Shown: positions 9,799 to 22,711, counted from the first letter of the stretch. The stretch: 64,000 nucleotides of DNA from Longimicrobiales bacterium (GCA_965202985.1 CBDBCF010000002.1:224001-288000), one strand, 5' to 3'. Translations and numbers: made by a program. The notes: a model not told the origin generated them from the sequence alone.

Positions 9799-10587
9799 AT
9801 GCTCATGCGGTGCACCACGTGCGGACTGGTGCTTCGGGACGGCGAGGACCGCTGTCCGACGTGCGGCGCCGCGGTTGCGAGCCGTCCGGTTCCCACGTCG
9901 TTGCGCGGTCTGCGCCAGTGCCGTCGCTGCGGGTACCGGGGCGAGGGCATTCCCTACTTCCGCAAGGCCGCCCACGTGGGTCTGCTGGCCGGGCTGAGCC
10001 TATTCACCTACGGGGTCGGCGGCGTCATCTACTACGCGGCTCGACGAAACCACGAGGTCTGCCCCGGTTGCGGCTTCGGGTGGGAACACGCGCGCGAGCC
10101 CGGTCCGCCCCAAGAACCCGCGGCGCCCGTTCCCGCCCCAGGCGTCGCCGGGCGGCCGACGCCGCTGCCGCCTTCGGGCGCCGGCCGGCGCGTATTCGGT
10201 GGCGTCCTCGCCGGGCTTGCCACGCTGATGATCACCTTGGGCCTAGTCGGCGGCGAATTCGAACCGGTCGTGCTGGGCTCCCTGTTCGGCATGGCCGGTT
10301 CCGGGCTCTTCCTGGGCGGATGGCGCGCCTTGCAGCGCCGGCGCCAAGCCGTCCTTCAGTCCCTTCATCGGAAGGTGCTCCTCATGGCCACGCAACGCCA
10401 AGGAGTGCTGACCGTGACCGAGGTGGCCGCCGAGCTCAGCCTGTCGCTTCCGGCGGCGGAGAAGCTCATGACGGGCATGGAGGACGGCTTCCGCGTCCGG
10501 TCCGACGTGACCGACGACGGCATCATCGTCTACGAGTTCCCCGAAGTGCTCCACCAGAAGAAGCTGCGGCCCGGTGGTTCGGACTAG
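9799..10587 (+). CDS. Zinc-ribbon membrane protein with C-terminal HTH-like segment
   Basis: Four CxxC pairs, hydrophobic segments and LTVTEVAAELSLSLPAAEKLM; SD-like GAGGGA upstream. Confidence 0.75.
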   Translation: MLMRCTTCGLVLRDGEDRCPTCGAAVASRPVPTSLRGLRQCRRCGYRGEGIPYFRKAAHVGLLAGLSLFTYGVGGVIYYAARRNHEVCPGCGFGWEHAREPGPPQEPAAPVPAPGVAGRPTPLPPSGAGRRVFGGVLAGLATLMITLGLVGGEFEPVVLGSLFGMAGSGLFLGGWRALQRRRQAVLQSLHRKVLLMATQRQGVLTVTEVAAELSLSLPAAEKLMTGMEDGFRVRSDVTDDGIIVYEFPEVLHQKKLRPGGSD

Positions 10588-10691
10588 AACTGGATGAGGT
10601 TGTTGCCTCCATGTCGCCTGCCCTAGTAGGATTGCAGCGCACTATTGCCATCATCGAAACTGCGAGGCCAAGACTTGGAGGAAGCCTCTAG

Positions 10692-12988
<2,297 letters not shown>

Positions 12989-12992
<4 letters not shown>

Positions 12993-14044
12993 GACGCACC
13001 ACCGGTATCGTGACCGCAGCGCTGCTCGCGGCTTCGTGCGACTTGCCCACCAGCGCTCCGATCCTGGAGACGAAGTGGCTGTTCGAGGTTCGCTCCACGG
13101 CGATCGGCGTGGAGGGGCTGTTGCCGGCGGGTGTGGCGCTGGAGGCGGGCGTCTTCGCGGTGGCGGTCGATCCTGGGCAAGCGGGCAAAGGACTGGACGA
13201 ACTGTGTCCCGCTTGCCGCGAGCTGCAGGGCCGGTCGGCGCCGAAGCCGGCCTTCACGGGCAGCGTGGCCGACACCCTGAGCTTGCCGGCGGAAGTCGTA
13301 TCGGCGGAGTTGTCGGCGGGAAGCGTCGAGCTTTCCTTCCGCCACAACTTCGGCTTCGATCCGCTCCGGCCCCCGGGCGGAGAGGCGGGCTCCTTCACCG
13401 TGGTCGTGTCCGAGATCGGCGGCCGGGAGCTGGCTCGCGCCGTGGTGGACGGAGCCGCGGACTCGCTGCCTCCGGGCCGGCCCTTTCGCCGAGTCTTGGC
13501 GCTGGCGCCGGGGGCGGTCGGACCCGAGGTCTTGTTCACGGCGTCGATTGCGTCGCCTGCCGGCGGGCTGGATCGGGAGCACTGGATTCACTTCAAGGCG
13601 GACCAGAGGCTCGACGCGACCGTCGCGCCGACGGGCCTGTCGGTCTCTTCGGCCAGGGTTGGCGTGGTGGGCCGGCAGGCCGAGATCGAGCCCGCCGCCG
13701 TGGACGTGGAGGCCGTGGACGCCGGGATCGTGGACCGCATCGCGGACGGGGCGTTCGTCTTGGATGTCACCAACCCGTTCGGCGTCGGGATGGACGCCGA
13801 GCTGGTGATCGTCCAGGGCGACAGCGCTGTGGTGCGCAAGGACTTCGCGGTCTCCGAGCAGGCGGCCTCCATCGTGTCGGTTCCGCTGTCCGCCGACGAG
13901 TTTCGGTCGTTCTTGGGCAAGGCGGGCGTGGTGCTGAGCGGATCGGGAACGGTCACCTCGCCGACCGGCGGGGTGCGCGTGGCGCCGGAGATGGAAGTGA
14001 CGATCGACGGCAACGTCGAGCTCGTCCTTCGCGTGGGGAGCTGA
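12989..14044 (+). CDS. Hypothetical lipoprotein
   Basis: GTGA overlap with acs; LLAASC lipobox; beta-rich body. Confidence 0.7.
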
Positions 14045-15339
14045 TGAGGATGCACGAAGGGCTGATACGCGCCTGCTTGGCGACGGGACTCGGCGCGGCG
14101 TGCTTGCTGGGACCGGTGGTCGCGCCGTCGCAGGCCCAGCTGGGCACTGCGAGCACGCGGGCTCTGAACATGGGCGGAGGCGCGGCGGCGTCGGCTCGGG
14201 GGTTCGGCGCCGTGGCCACCAACCCGGCCGGGCTGGGCATGCCCGACGCGCCGTCGTTCTCGCTGGCGGTCCTGGCCGTCGGGGCCGAGAACGGCGTTGG
14301 TCCAATCGCCTGGGGCGACATTGGGTCTTTCGGGGACGGCGTGCTGTCCGACGCCGTCAAGGCAGACTGGACGAGCTGGGTGGCGGAGGCCGACGGGCAA
14401 ACTGGTCCCTTCGGCGTCGAGCTGACCTGGGTCGCACTGTCGGTGGGACGGATCGGCTTTCAGGTGTCCACGGTCGGGTCCGTGGGCATGGACCTGTCTC
14501 CCGGACTGGTCGAGCTCATGCTCTACGGGAACGCGGGGCGGACCGGATCGGCGTCGGAAGTCCGCGTGGCACCGTCCTCGGCCAGCGGGTGGGCCGTCAC
14601 CACGGCCGGCGTCGGGTCGGCGTTCGGGTTCTCCGCCGGCAACGGTCGAGGGGCCGCCGGGGCCACGCTCAAGTACTCCCTGGGCCACGGCGCCATGGCG
14701 ATGGACGGCCCCGGAGGAGTCGCCACCGCGTCGCCCCTGGCCGTTTCGCTCGACATGCCCGTGCTGTACACCAAGGGAGACGATGTCGGCTTCGCGGGTG
14801 GCGGCGTCGGCCTCGACCTGGGCTTCCAATACGCCTCGGGCGCCGTCTCCGTGGGCGCGACGATGCGCAACGTGTTCAGCACCTTTGCCTGGGACGACGC
14901 CAAGGCCGCCTATCGCCCGATGGCCGCGGACATCCGCGACGGCGGCTTCGACACCGATTTGGCCGTAGGCGCGGTATCCGGCGCGCCCAGCGACTTGCGC
15001 GGCAAGTGGGACGACATGGGCTTCGCGCCGCAGCTGGCGCTGGCCACCGCCTACGAGGTCGTGCCGGACCTGATCGTGTCCGCCGAACTCCACAACCACT
15101 TCGGCGAAGGCATGCGCGTCGGGCCGAAGCTCTTCGCCGGCGCCGGCGTTGAGTACCGGGGCGTGTCGCGGCTGGGTTTGCGCGCCGGCGGAGGGGCCGC
15201 GACGGGCGGGTTCCAGGTGGGCGGGGGCGTCACGCTTTCGCTTGAACCGGTGCACCTGTCGCTCGCTGCCGGCCTCAGGCGAGACGGCGACGTGGACGTG
15301 CCGACCGCGATGGCGGGGGTATCCTACGGCGCTCATTAG
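14044..15339 (+). CDS. Putative outer-membrane beta-barrel (FadL/DUF5723/TraF-like)
   Basis: Signal ending SQAQ; RALNMGGG...NPAGLG N-terminal motif; GVGLDLGFQY strands; TGATG coupling to the upstream gene. Confidence 0.65.
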   Translation: MRMHEGLIRACLATGLGAACLLGPVVAPSQAQLGTASTRALNMGGGAAASARGFGAVATNPAGLGMPDAPSFSLAVLAVGAENGVGPIAWGDIGSFGDGVLSDAVKADWTSWVAEADGQTGPFGVELTWVALSVGRIGFQVSTVGSVGMDLSPGLVELMLYGNAGRTGSASEVRVAPSSASGWAVTTAGVGSAFGFSAGNGRGAAGATLKYSLGHGAMAMDGPGGVATASPLAVSLDMPVLYTKGDDVGFAGGGVGLDLGFQYASGAVSVGATMRNVFSTFAWDDAKAAYRPMAADIRDGGFDTDLAVGAVSGAPSDLRGKWDDMGFAPQLALATAYEVVPDLIVSAELHNHFGEGMRVGPKLFAGAGVEYRGVSRLGLRAGGGAATGGFQVGGGVTLSLEPVHLSLAAGLRRDGDVDVPTAMAGVSYGAH

Positions 15340-15418
15340 GCGGGTGTACCGCCAGGGCGGTTTCGTCAATTGCGACTCGGCGGACGGGTCATGGACGGGG
15401 TCGTCCAAGGACACTGAG

Positions 15419-15447
15419 TTGAGCAGCGAGTCGCGATTCGGTATACT
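15419..15447 (+). promoter_or_regulatory. Sigma70-like promoter for the protease gene
   Basis: TTGAGC-N17-TATACT, about 90 nt upstream of ATG 15540. Confidence 0.6.
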
Positions 15448-15539
15448 CGGTAGCTAGTGGCCTTCCCTCCCGAAAGTGGTGGTGCAGGCAAGGTCACGGA
15501 CGGAATCACAAAGCTCCCCTGCTCCAAGGCTGAACGCCC

Positions 15540-16631
15540 ATGACCGACCAAGAGAACCTACTTCTCCCAGAGGCCGTTGCTGTCGCCGAATCTGCAGACT
15601 GTGATATCTTGCTGCTCAATGGTCCCCTCTTGTTTCCCGTTGACCAAGAGGTTGCGCAGCTTTGCAAGGGCCGGCAGGGGCGACGCAATTTGTTGTTCAT
15701 GCTCGTGACAACCGGTGGGGATGCCGATGCGGCATATCGGCTTGCGACCACACTTCAAAATCACTACGAGACGATAACCTGCTACGTTACAGGCTATTGC
15801 AAGAGTGCTGGGACTCTTGTAGCAATTGGTGCACACAGCCTCGTCATGAGCGATTGCGGTGAACTGGGTCCCGTCGATGTTCAACTCTACAAGGAAGACG
15901 AAATTGGAGAAAGAAGGTCGGGCCTGACCGTACTTTCAGCCTTGAAGACTCTGCACGAGCAGGCATTTGATGCATTTGAGCACTTTATGTTGTCGATCAA
16001 GTTTCGTAGCGGGGGTTCAATAACCGCCCGCACAGCCACGGAAGTTACTGCTAATCTGACCGGCCGACTGATGGAGCCGATCTATGGTCATATCGATGCA
16101 ATGCATATTGGCGAGGCCGGTCGCTCGTTGAGGATCGCACATGAGTATGGCGAGTTGCTGGACAGCAGAACAAACAACCTTAGGAAGGGTACGCTTGACA
16201 GACTTACGAACGACTACCCGGTTCACACGTTCGTGATTGACCAACGCCAAGCTGAACGGCTATTCCACAACGTTCGTGAACGCTCGGCCGAGGAGGTCTT
16301 ATTGGCCAGCAAGTTGGGGGAATGGGCTGTTTTTCCTAGATCTGCACCTTCCGACAAGCTACTGGCTTTCTTGAATTCCGAGAATCATGCGTCCCGACAG
16401 GAGGATCAAGAACGTGAAGACCAAGGAGAGGTACTGTGCCCCGGAGGAGAATCCCTTGAAGATCCAGGAGCGCACTCTGGCGCGATTGAGGGACATACCT
16501 CGGGTCGACCCCGGGAAGGAAGCACGCAGGATCCAGCGGGAGTCCCTAAGGCGGATTCGAGCAACGGTAGACCGGTCCCAGTAGGCATCCAGCCCACAGT
16601 CGCCGACTCGGTGGTGGGGGTCCACACTTGA
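15540..16631 (+). CDS. ClpP/SppA-fold serine protease (SDH family)
   Basis: LVTTGGD, CKSAGTLVAIGA, ELGPVDVQ and YPVHTFVID; visibly lower GC than the flanks. Confidence 0.8.
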   Translation: MTDQENLLLPEAVAVAESADCDILLLNGPLLFPVDQEVAQLCKGRQGRRNLLFMLVTTGGDADAAYRLATTLQNHYETITCYVTGYCKSAGTLVAIGAHSLVMSDCGELGPVDVQLYKEDEIGERRSGLTVLSALKTLHEQAFDAFEHFMLSIKFRSGGSITARTATEVTANLTGRLMEPIYGHIDAMHIGEAGRSLRIAHEYGELLDSRTNNLRKGTLDRLTNDYPVHTFVIDQRQAERLFHNVRERSAEEVLLASKLGEWAVFPRSAPSDKLLAFLNSENHASRQEDQEREDQGEVLCPGGESLEDPGAHSGAIEGHTSGRPREGSTQDPAGVPKADSSNGRPVPVGIQPTVADSVVGVHT

Positions 16632-16776
16632 GTGGGGATTTCCCCCCGCGGCTTGTCTCGGCTAAAGTTGGAGACTCGCAGCGCTGACTGCCCGTCCACG
16701 CAGGTCGGGGACGCCGGGCCGAGTGGGGAGCCGGCGACTTAGCAGTCGTCGCGAATCTCTGGCGGACGGCGGGCGA

Positions 16777-17112
16777 ATGGATCAAGTCGACGACGCTCTG
16801 ATCACCGAGATGGTCAAGGCCATCGTTGACGAAGTAGACCCCGAAAAGGTCGTTCTTTTCGGTTCCAGGGGTCGCCGGGCGGCTACGGAGCGGTCGGATG
16901 TGGACCTGCTCGTCATCGAAGCCGAGCCGTTCGGTCCCGGTCGCAGCCGGAGCCGTGAGCTCGTCAGGCTGTACGGCGCCCTCTCCGGCTTTGTCGTGCC
17001 CGTGGACGTTCTCGTCTACTCGCTGGCCGATGTGGAGTACTGGCGCGACTCCCTCAATCACGTCCTCGCACGGGCGTTGCGGGAAGGAAGGGTCGTGTAT
17101 GAGCGACCCTAA
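16777..17112 (+). CDS. Minimal nucleotidyltransferase (MNT) antitoxin-like protein
   Basis: VVLFGSRGR...SDVDLLVI motif; about 111 aa. Confidence 0.88.
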   Translation: MDQVDDALITEMVKAIVDEVDPEKVVLFGSRGRRAATERSDVDLLVIEAEPFGPGRSRSRELVRLYGALSGFVVPVDVLVYSLADVEYWRDSLNHVLARALREGRVVYERP

Positions 17113-17491
17113 GTGCGCCGGGATGTTGCTCCGCGCAGCCGAACGCGATGTTCTCACGCTCAGGAGCATGACGGCAGAAGCGCCCGACGAGTCCTTCGGT
17201 TTCCATGTCCAGCAGGCGGCGGAGAAGGCCTTCAAGGCGTGGCTCGCCGTGCTTGGCGAGACCTATCCTCTCACGCACAGCCTCCAGGCGCTGCTCCGGC
17301 TGCTTGCCGCGAAGGGCGTCGCGACAGCCCCGTTCAATGACCTTGCAGACTTCACGCCGTATGCCGTGGAATTCCGATACGAGGGAGTTGGCGCGGACGC
17401 GGAGCCCATCGATCGGGAGGCGACGCTTGCCCGGCTCGTGATCTTGCTGGACGGCATTCGGCGGCAGGTCGACCACGCGAGCCCGGGCTGA
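17099..17491 (+). CDS. HEPN domain protein
   Basis: FHVQQAAEKAFKA, THSL and YAVEFRY; overlaps the MNT gene. Confidence 0.88.
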   Translation: MSDPKCAGMLLRAAERDVLTLRSMTAEAPDESFGFHVQQAAEKAFKAWLAVLGETYPLTHSLQALLRLLAAKGVATAPFNDLADFTPYAVEFRYEGVGADAEPIDREATLARLVILLDGIRRQVDHASPG

Positions 17492-17681
17492 CAGGCCGGA
17501 GCCCGCCAGCAATGAAGGGCGATGTCCTGCCGCCTCGTGCGTCTACTTGTTGGTTGCAACGAGGCCCCGAATCGGCTCCATCAGTGCTTCCCGGCTTGCC
17601 GCGCGCCCTGGGCCAGCTTGGCCGCAGTAGCCGCACGGGCGGTTCCCGGCTTACTGTTTCGCTGTGAACGGGCCTTCGGAG

Positions 17682-20600
17682 ATGCAGACAGACCAAGACT
17701 GCCGCAAGAGCGTCGGCGCACAGCTCGAGGCGTCGCGCCGGGACCTGCTTGACGTCGGGCTTCGCAACCCGCTGATAGCGTTCCGTCCGCTCCGTGCCAA
17801 GGGGGTGCGGATCGTCGACGAGGTCTCGCGCGAGGTCTACCGCATCTTGGTGGCGGAGAAGCGGCCGATGTACTTCCTGGCCGCGCCGGAAGTCGAAGCT
17901 GCGGGCGGTCCCGCCCCCTCCGACGAAGGCGCCGACGTGCCGAGCGAGCTTCGGGCGCTGATCAGCGAGTCGGCGCGTCGGGAGGCGCCGAGCGAGCGCC
18001 ACGTGGACAACAAGCTGCAGACGGTCCACAGCGCTGTGCGACTGGACAGACGGCTGCGGAACACGCTTCGGCATGCGCGGTCGTCGATTGAGGAGCAGGG
18101 CGTCAACATCTTGTACTTGGCGCTGGGAGCGCTGGTCTGGTACGAGTCGCCCTCCAGCGAGGTTGCGCGCCGGGCGCCCTTGGTGCTGGTGCCGGTGGAG
18201 CTGGACAGGGGGAGCGCCCGCGCCCGCTTCAAGGTGCAGTGGACCGCCGAGGACATCGACGCCAACCTGTCGCTGGACGCCAAGCTGCGGGGCGACTTCG
18301 GCCTCTCCCTGCCGGAGATGGGCGACGACGACGACCTGGACGTGGACAACTACTTTCGCCAGGTGGAGGAAACGGTCTCGGAGATGGATCGGTGGCATGT
18401 CGACCGGGACGCGGTCGACCTGGGCTTCTTCTCGTTCAGCAAGCTGCTGATCTACAAGGACTTGGCGCCGGAAGCTTGGCCCGAAGACGAAAAGCCGGAC
18501 GACCATCCGGTCATGCGGGCGCTCTTCTGCGGCGGGTTCGGCGGGAGTGCCGGGAACGGCGCGGAAGCCGGACTCGCGGACTGCGGCGACGGTGAGGAGC
18601 GCCGCCTGGACGACCGCGTGGCGCCTGGCGACACCCACGAGGTGATGGACTCGGACAGCTCGCAGACCGAGGCCGTGCTGGACGTGCTGGCGGGCCACCA
18701 CTTGGTGATCCAGGGGCCGCCGGGCACGGGCAAGTCGCAGACGATCACCAACCTGATCGCCGAATGCGTGGCGCAGCGCAAGAAGGTGCTGTTCGTGGCC
18801 GAAAAGATGGCCGCGCTGGAGGTCGTCAAGCGCCGGCTGGACGCCGTTCACGTGGGCGACGCCTGTCTGGAACTGCACAGCCACAAGGCCAGCAAGGCCG
18901 CCGTCCTGGCCGAGCTGAAGCGCACCGTCCAGCTGGGGCGGCCCCAGGTCGCCGACGTCGACGAGGACCGGGAGCTGCTGCGGACGGCCCGCGACCGCCT
19001 GAACGAGTACGCGCAGGCCGTCAACTCCCATGTGGGGAAGACCAAGCTGACGCCCCATCAGCTGGTTGGCATGTGGTCGCAGCTGGGAGGGTCGGAGGCT
19101 TCCGGAGGCTCGGACGCCCCCGGGTTGGAGCAGGTCGCGCCGGTGGCTTGGACCCGCGAGGACTTCAAGGTGCGTCGCGAAGCCGTGCGCGAGATGCAGG
19201 ACCTGCTGGGGGCGATCGGCGTTCCCAGGGAACACGCGTTCTGGGGAAGCGCCCTGACGCGGCACATGCCGCAAGACCGCGCCAAGGTTGCGGAGGTGCT
19301 GGACGCCGCCGCCGCGGCCCTCCGCCGTCACGACGAAGACGCACGCCAGCTTCGCGACCTCTTGGGGGCCGGCCCCGACCCCTTGGACCGGGCCAAGACG
19401 GGCGTGCTCCTTGTCACGGCGGCTCGGCTGGCCGAGGCCCCGAACCTGTCCGGCGTCCGGCACAGGGCCCCCGAGTGGACCCGGCGCGCCGCCGAAGTCG
19501 AGGCCCTGGCCCGCGACGCACTGGAGTTCGCCCGCCTTCGCGCCGAGCACGACGAGGTGCTGATCCCCGAGGCCTGGGACGACCCGCAGGTGCTGGCTCA
19601 CCGCCAGGGACTGGCAGCCTCCGGCGAAAAGTGGTGGAGGTTTCTGTCCGGCAGCTACCGGAAGGCGGTCAAGGGGATCCGCGGACTGTGCCGCGAAGCG
19701 TCGCCCACCGCACACAAAGAGCGGCTGGCCCTGCTGGACGCGGTCTTGGCCGCGCGCCGGCTGCACGGCAACGTCGAGGGAGCGGGGACCCTCTGGACGC
19801 GCCTCTTCGGCGACGGGAAGCCAGGCCAGAGCGCCGAGGCGCACCGCAGGGCAGGGGATGTGGCCGAGTGGCTCTTGCGCCTGCACCGGGATACGGCTTC
19901 CGGCGAGATCCACCCCTGCGTGCACGATGCGTTGGACCGTCCGCCCGACGAGGCCGGCCTCCGCGCCGCAAGCGACGCCTGTCGCAAGTCTCGCGAGGCC
20001 CTGTCGGAGGCGCTCGACGCCGTGGCGGCGGCACTGGAGCTGGACGCCGCCCGGTTCGCGCCCCTGCTGCCGCCGGGCGACAGGCCGTTCGGCGAGATGG
20101 AACGTTGGCTCAGTGCGGCTTCCGGGGCGGTGGAGTTGCTTCAGGACATCGTCCGATTCAACCAAGTCGCCAGGCGCTTGGCCGACCACGGGCTGGAGAG
20201 CGTGAGCGAGGTGGCCGCCGAGTGGGACCGGGCCGACCGGGAGCTGGTGCGCGCCTTCGAACGCCGCTGCTGTTCGGCTTGGCTCAAACTGGCCTGGGAC
20301 GAGCGGCCCGTGCTGGCCGAGTTCCACGGCGCGACGCAACAGGGCACGGTCGCCCGATTCCGGCAGCTGGACCGGGGTCAATTCGCCCGCAACCAAGCCC
20401 GGGTCGCGCACCGTCACTGGGAGGGCGTTCCCCGGGGCTCGGGCGGCGGGCAAATGCTCGTTCTGGCGCGCGAGTTCGAGAAGAAGCGGCGGCACCTTCC
20501 GTTGCGGAAGCTCATGGAGCAAGCCGGCAGCGCGGTGCAGCGGATCAAGCCCGTCTTCATGATGAGCCCCCTGTCCGTGGCCAAGTTCGTCCCGCCGAAG

Positions 20601-22676
20601 TCGCCGGTGCGCTTCGACCTGGTGATCTTCGACGAGGCCAGCCAAGTGCGTCCGGTCGAGGCCTTCGGGGCGATCGCGCGAGCGGGGCAGGCCGTGGTGG
20701 TGGGCGACAGCAAGCAGCTGCCCCCGACGACCTTCTTCGACCGCATGGCCGAGGACGACGACGACAACCCTTCCGCAGCGTCCGACTTGGAAAGCATCTT
20801 GGGGATGTTCTGCGCCCAGCAGGCGCCGGAGCGGATGCTCAGGTGGCACTACCGGAGCCGCCACGAGTCCCTGATCTCGTTCTCCAACGAGGCGTTCTAC
20901 GACAGCCGTCTGGTGATCTTCCCCAGCCCCGACAAGGGCCGGGAGAGCACCGGTCTGCGCATGCGCTACGATCCGGAGTCGTTCTACAAGCCCGGGAGCG
21001 GCGGGCGCGTGAACCCCGCGGAGGCGCGGGCCGTGGCGGAGGCGGTCGCGCGACACGCCGTCGAGTCCCCGCACCTGACGCTGGGCGTGGCGGCGTTCAG
21101 CTTGGCGCAGGCTCGCGCAGTCGAAGACCAGTTGGAGATCCTGCGTCGGCAAGACGCTTCGTCAGAAACGTTCTTCGCGGCCCACCCCGAGGAGCCGTTC
21201 TTCGTCAAGAACCTGGAGAACGTCCAGGGCGACGAGCGCGACGTGATCTTGATCAGCGTCGGCTACGGCAAGCGGCAGGACGGGCGGATGGGGATGAACT
21301 TCGGCCCGCTCAACCAGGAAGGGGGCGAGCGGCGCCTGAACGTGCTCGTCACCCGCGCGCGCCGGCGGTGCTTGGTATTCGCCAACTTCGAGGCCGCCGA
21401 CGTGCGAAGCGATGCTCGGGGGGTCGTTGCGCTGAAGCAGTTCCTGAAGTACGCCCGCACGGGCAAGATGGAGCTGCCGGAGCGAACGGGGCGGGGCGCC
21501 GACTCGCCGTTCGAGGAGGCCGTGGCCCGGGAGCTCGGACGGCGGGGGCATCAAGTGGACCACCAAGTCGGCTCGGCGGGCTTCTTCGTGGACCTGGCCG
21601 TGGTGGACCCCGACCGGCGCGGACGCTACCTGCTGGGCGTGGAGTGCGACGGCGCCAGCTATCACAGCGCGCGCTCCGCCCGGGACCGAGACCGTCTCCG
21701 GCAGCAGGTCCTGGAGGGCCTGGGCTGGACGATCCACCGGATCTGGAGCACCGACTGGTTCATGAATCCAGACCGCGAAATGGAGCGGCTGGAAGAGGCG
21801 ATTCGACGGGCTCGGCAAGCTGGCTCGGACAGGACGTCCACTTTGGACGGCGTGTCCACTTTGGGCGGGACGCCGACTTCGGGCGGATTGTCAGTCCCGG
21901 GCCCGACCGCAGGTTCGGGCGAGCTGTCGGCGGCGGACTCGGCCTCGGCGGCGGGCGAAGTCCCGGCCTTGGACGGCCGCTCGGCGTCAAGCGGGGCTTC
22001 GGCGCATCGAGTCGCGCCGTCGCCCTCGCGGTCTCGCTCTCCGTCTCTGGTCCGCGAGGCACCGGCCGCACCAGCGCCCCGCGAGGTGTGCGTTCCGTAC
22101 CGGCCCGCCGACTTCGGGATCGACCTTGACGGCCGGGAGTTCCACGAGGTGCCCGTCCAGGAGGTGTCGGACTGGCTGGCTGAAGTGGTCGCCGTCGAGA
22201 GTCCCATTCACTGGGAAGAGGCAGGCGCGCGTGTTGTGCGATTCGCGAGACTGGGGCGAATGGGCTCCCGGATCAAGGAGCGGGTGTCGCAAGCGGTGGG
22301 CCAGTGCATTCGCGATGGCGCCGTGGCGGCGAATGGGGACTTCCTCTGGGTTCCCGACCGGCAGTGGCGTCCCGGGGAGCCGCAGGCCCGGGTCCGCTGC
22401 CGAAAGGACGTCCACGACAGCCTGCGCAGAATCGATCGCATCGCGCCCGAGGAGATCGGCCATACGCTGGTGCTGGCCGTCCGTGACAGCCACGGCATCG
22501 AGGACGACGATGCCGTCGACGAGGCGGCACGCATCTTCGGGTTCAAGCGAGTGGGCAAGAACCTGCGCACCGGCTTCCACGCAGTCCTAGGCCGGTTGGT
22601 CCAGGAAGGGACCTTCCAGCGCCGGAGCGGCTTTCTGTACGAGGCCGACGGTTCCGCCGGCGACCGGAGCTCGTAG
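17682..22676 (+). CDS. DUF4011 / SF1 helicase / Vsr-like nuclease / DUF3320 protein (Hhe-type anti-phage architecture)
   Basis: LLDVGLRNPLI, QGPPGTGKSQT, FDEASQ, ENVQGDERD and VECDGASYH...RIWSTDW. Start at 17682 or 17664. Confidence 0.88.
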   Translation: MQTDQDCRKSVGAQLEASRRDLLDVGLRNPLIAFRPLRAKGVRIVDEVSREVYRILVAEKRPMYFLAAPEVEAAGGPAPSDEGADVPSELRALISESARREAPSERHVDNKLQTVHSAVRLDRRLRNTLRHARSSIEEQGVNILYLALGALVWYESPSSEVARRAPLVLVPVELDRGSARARFKVQWTAEDIDANLSLDAKLRGDFGLSLPEMGDDDDLDVDNYFRQVEETVSEMDRWHVDRDAVDLGFFSFSKLLIYKDLAPEAWPEDEKPDDHPVMRALFCGGFGGSAGNGAEAGLADCGDGEERRLDDRVAPGDTHEVMDSDSSQTEAVLDVLAGHHLVIQGPPGTGKSQTITNLIAECVAQRKKVLFVAEKMAALEVVKRRLDAVHVGDACLELHSHKASKAAVLAELKRTVQLGRPQVADVDEDRELLRTARDRLNEYAQAVNSHVGKTKLTPHQLVGMWSQLGGSEASGGSDAPGLEQVAPVAWTREDFKVRREAVREMQDLLGAIGVPREHAFWGSALTRHMPQDRAKVAEVLDAAAAALRRHDEDARQLRDLLGAGPDPLDRAKTGVLLVTAARLAEAPNLSGVRHRAPEWTRRAAEVEALARDALEFARLRAEHDEVLIPEAWDDPQVLAHRQGLAASGEKWWRFLSGSYRKAVKGIRGLCREASPTAHKERLALLDAVLAARRLHGNVEGAGTLWTRLFGDGKPGQSAEAHRRAGDVAEWLLRLHRDTASGEIHPCVHDALDRPPDEAGLRAASDACRKSREALSEALDAVAAALELDAARFAPLLPPGDRPFGEMERWLSAASGAVELLQDIVRFNQVARRLADHGLESVSEVAAEWDRADRELVRAFERRCCSAWLKLAWDERPVLAEFHGATQQGTVARFRQLDRGQFARNQARVAHRHWEGVPRGSGGGQMLVLAREFEKKRRHLPLRKLMEQAGSAVQRIKPVFMMSPLSVAKFVPPKSPVRFDLVIFDEASQVRPVEAFGAIARAGQAVVVGDSKQLPPTTFFDRMAEDDDDNPSAASDLESILGMFCAQQAPERMLRWHYRSRHESLISFSNEAFYDSRLVIFPSPDKGRESTGLRMRYDPESFYKPGSGGRVNPAEARAVAEAVARHAVESPHLTLGVAAFSLAQARAVEDQLEILRRQDASSETFFAAHPEEPFFVKNLENVQGDERDVILISVGYGKRQDGRMGMNFGPLNQEGGERRLNVLVTRARRRCLVFANFEAADVRSDARGVVALKQFLKYARTGKMELPERTGRGADSPFEEAVARELGRRGHQVDHQVGSAGFFVDLAVVDPDRRGRYLLGVECDGASYHSARSARDRDRLRQQVLEGLGWTIHRIWSTDWFMNPDREMERLEEAIRRARQAGSDRTSTLDGVSTLGGTPTSGGLSVPGPTAGSGELSAADSASAAGEVPALDGRSASSGASAHRVAPSPSRSRSPSLVREAPAAPAPREVCVPYRPADFGIDLDGREFHEVPVQEVSDWLAEVVAVESPIHWEEAGARVVRFARLGRMGSRIKERVSQAVGQCIRDGAVAANGDFLWVPDRQWRPGEPQARVRCRKDVHDSLRRIDRIAPEEIGHTLVLAVRDSHGIEDDDAVDEAARIFGFKRVGKNLRTGFHAVLGRLVQEGTFQRRSGFLYEADGSAGDRSS

Positions 22677-22711
22677 TTGTTCGGGACCTGCGCCCGTGAC
22701 CGGAACCGATA

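Noticed and set aside
17352..21152. 1266-aa antisense ORF, and many similar long antisense or alternate-frame ORFs across the window
   Set aside because: Shadow ORFs of real genes in high-GC DNA; Arg/Pro/Gly-rich and without motifs.
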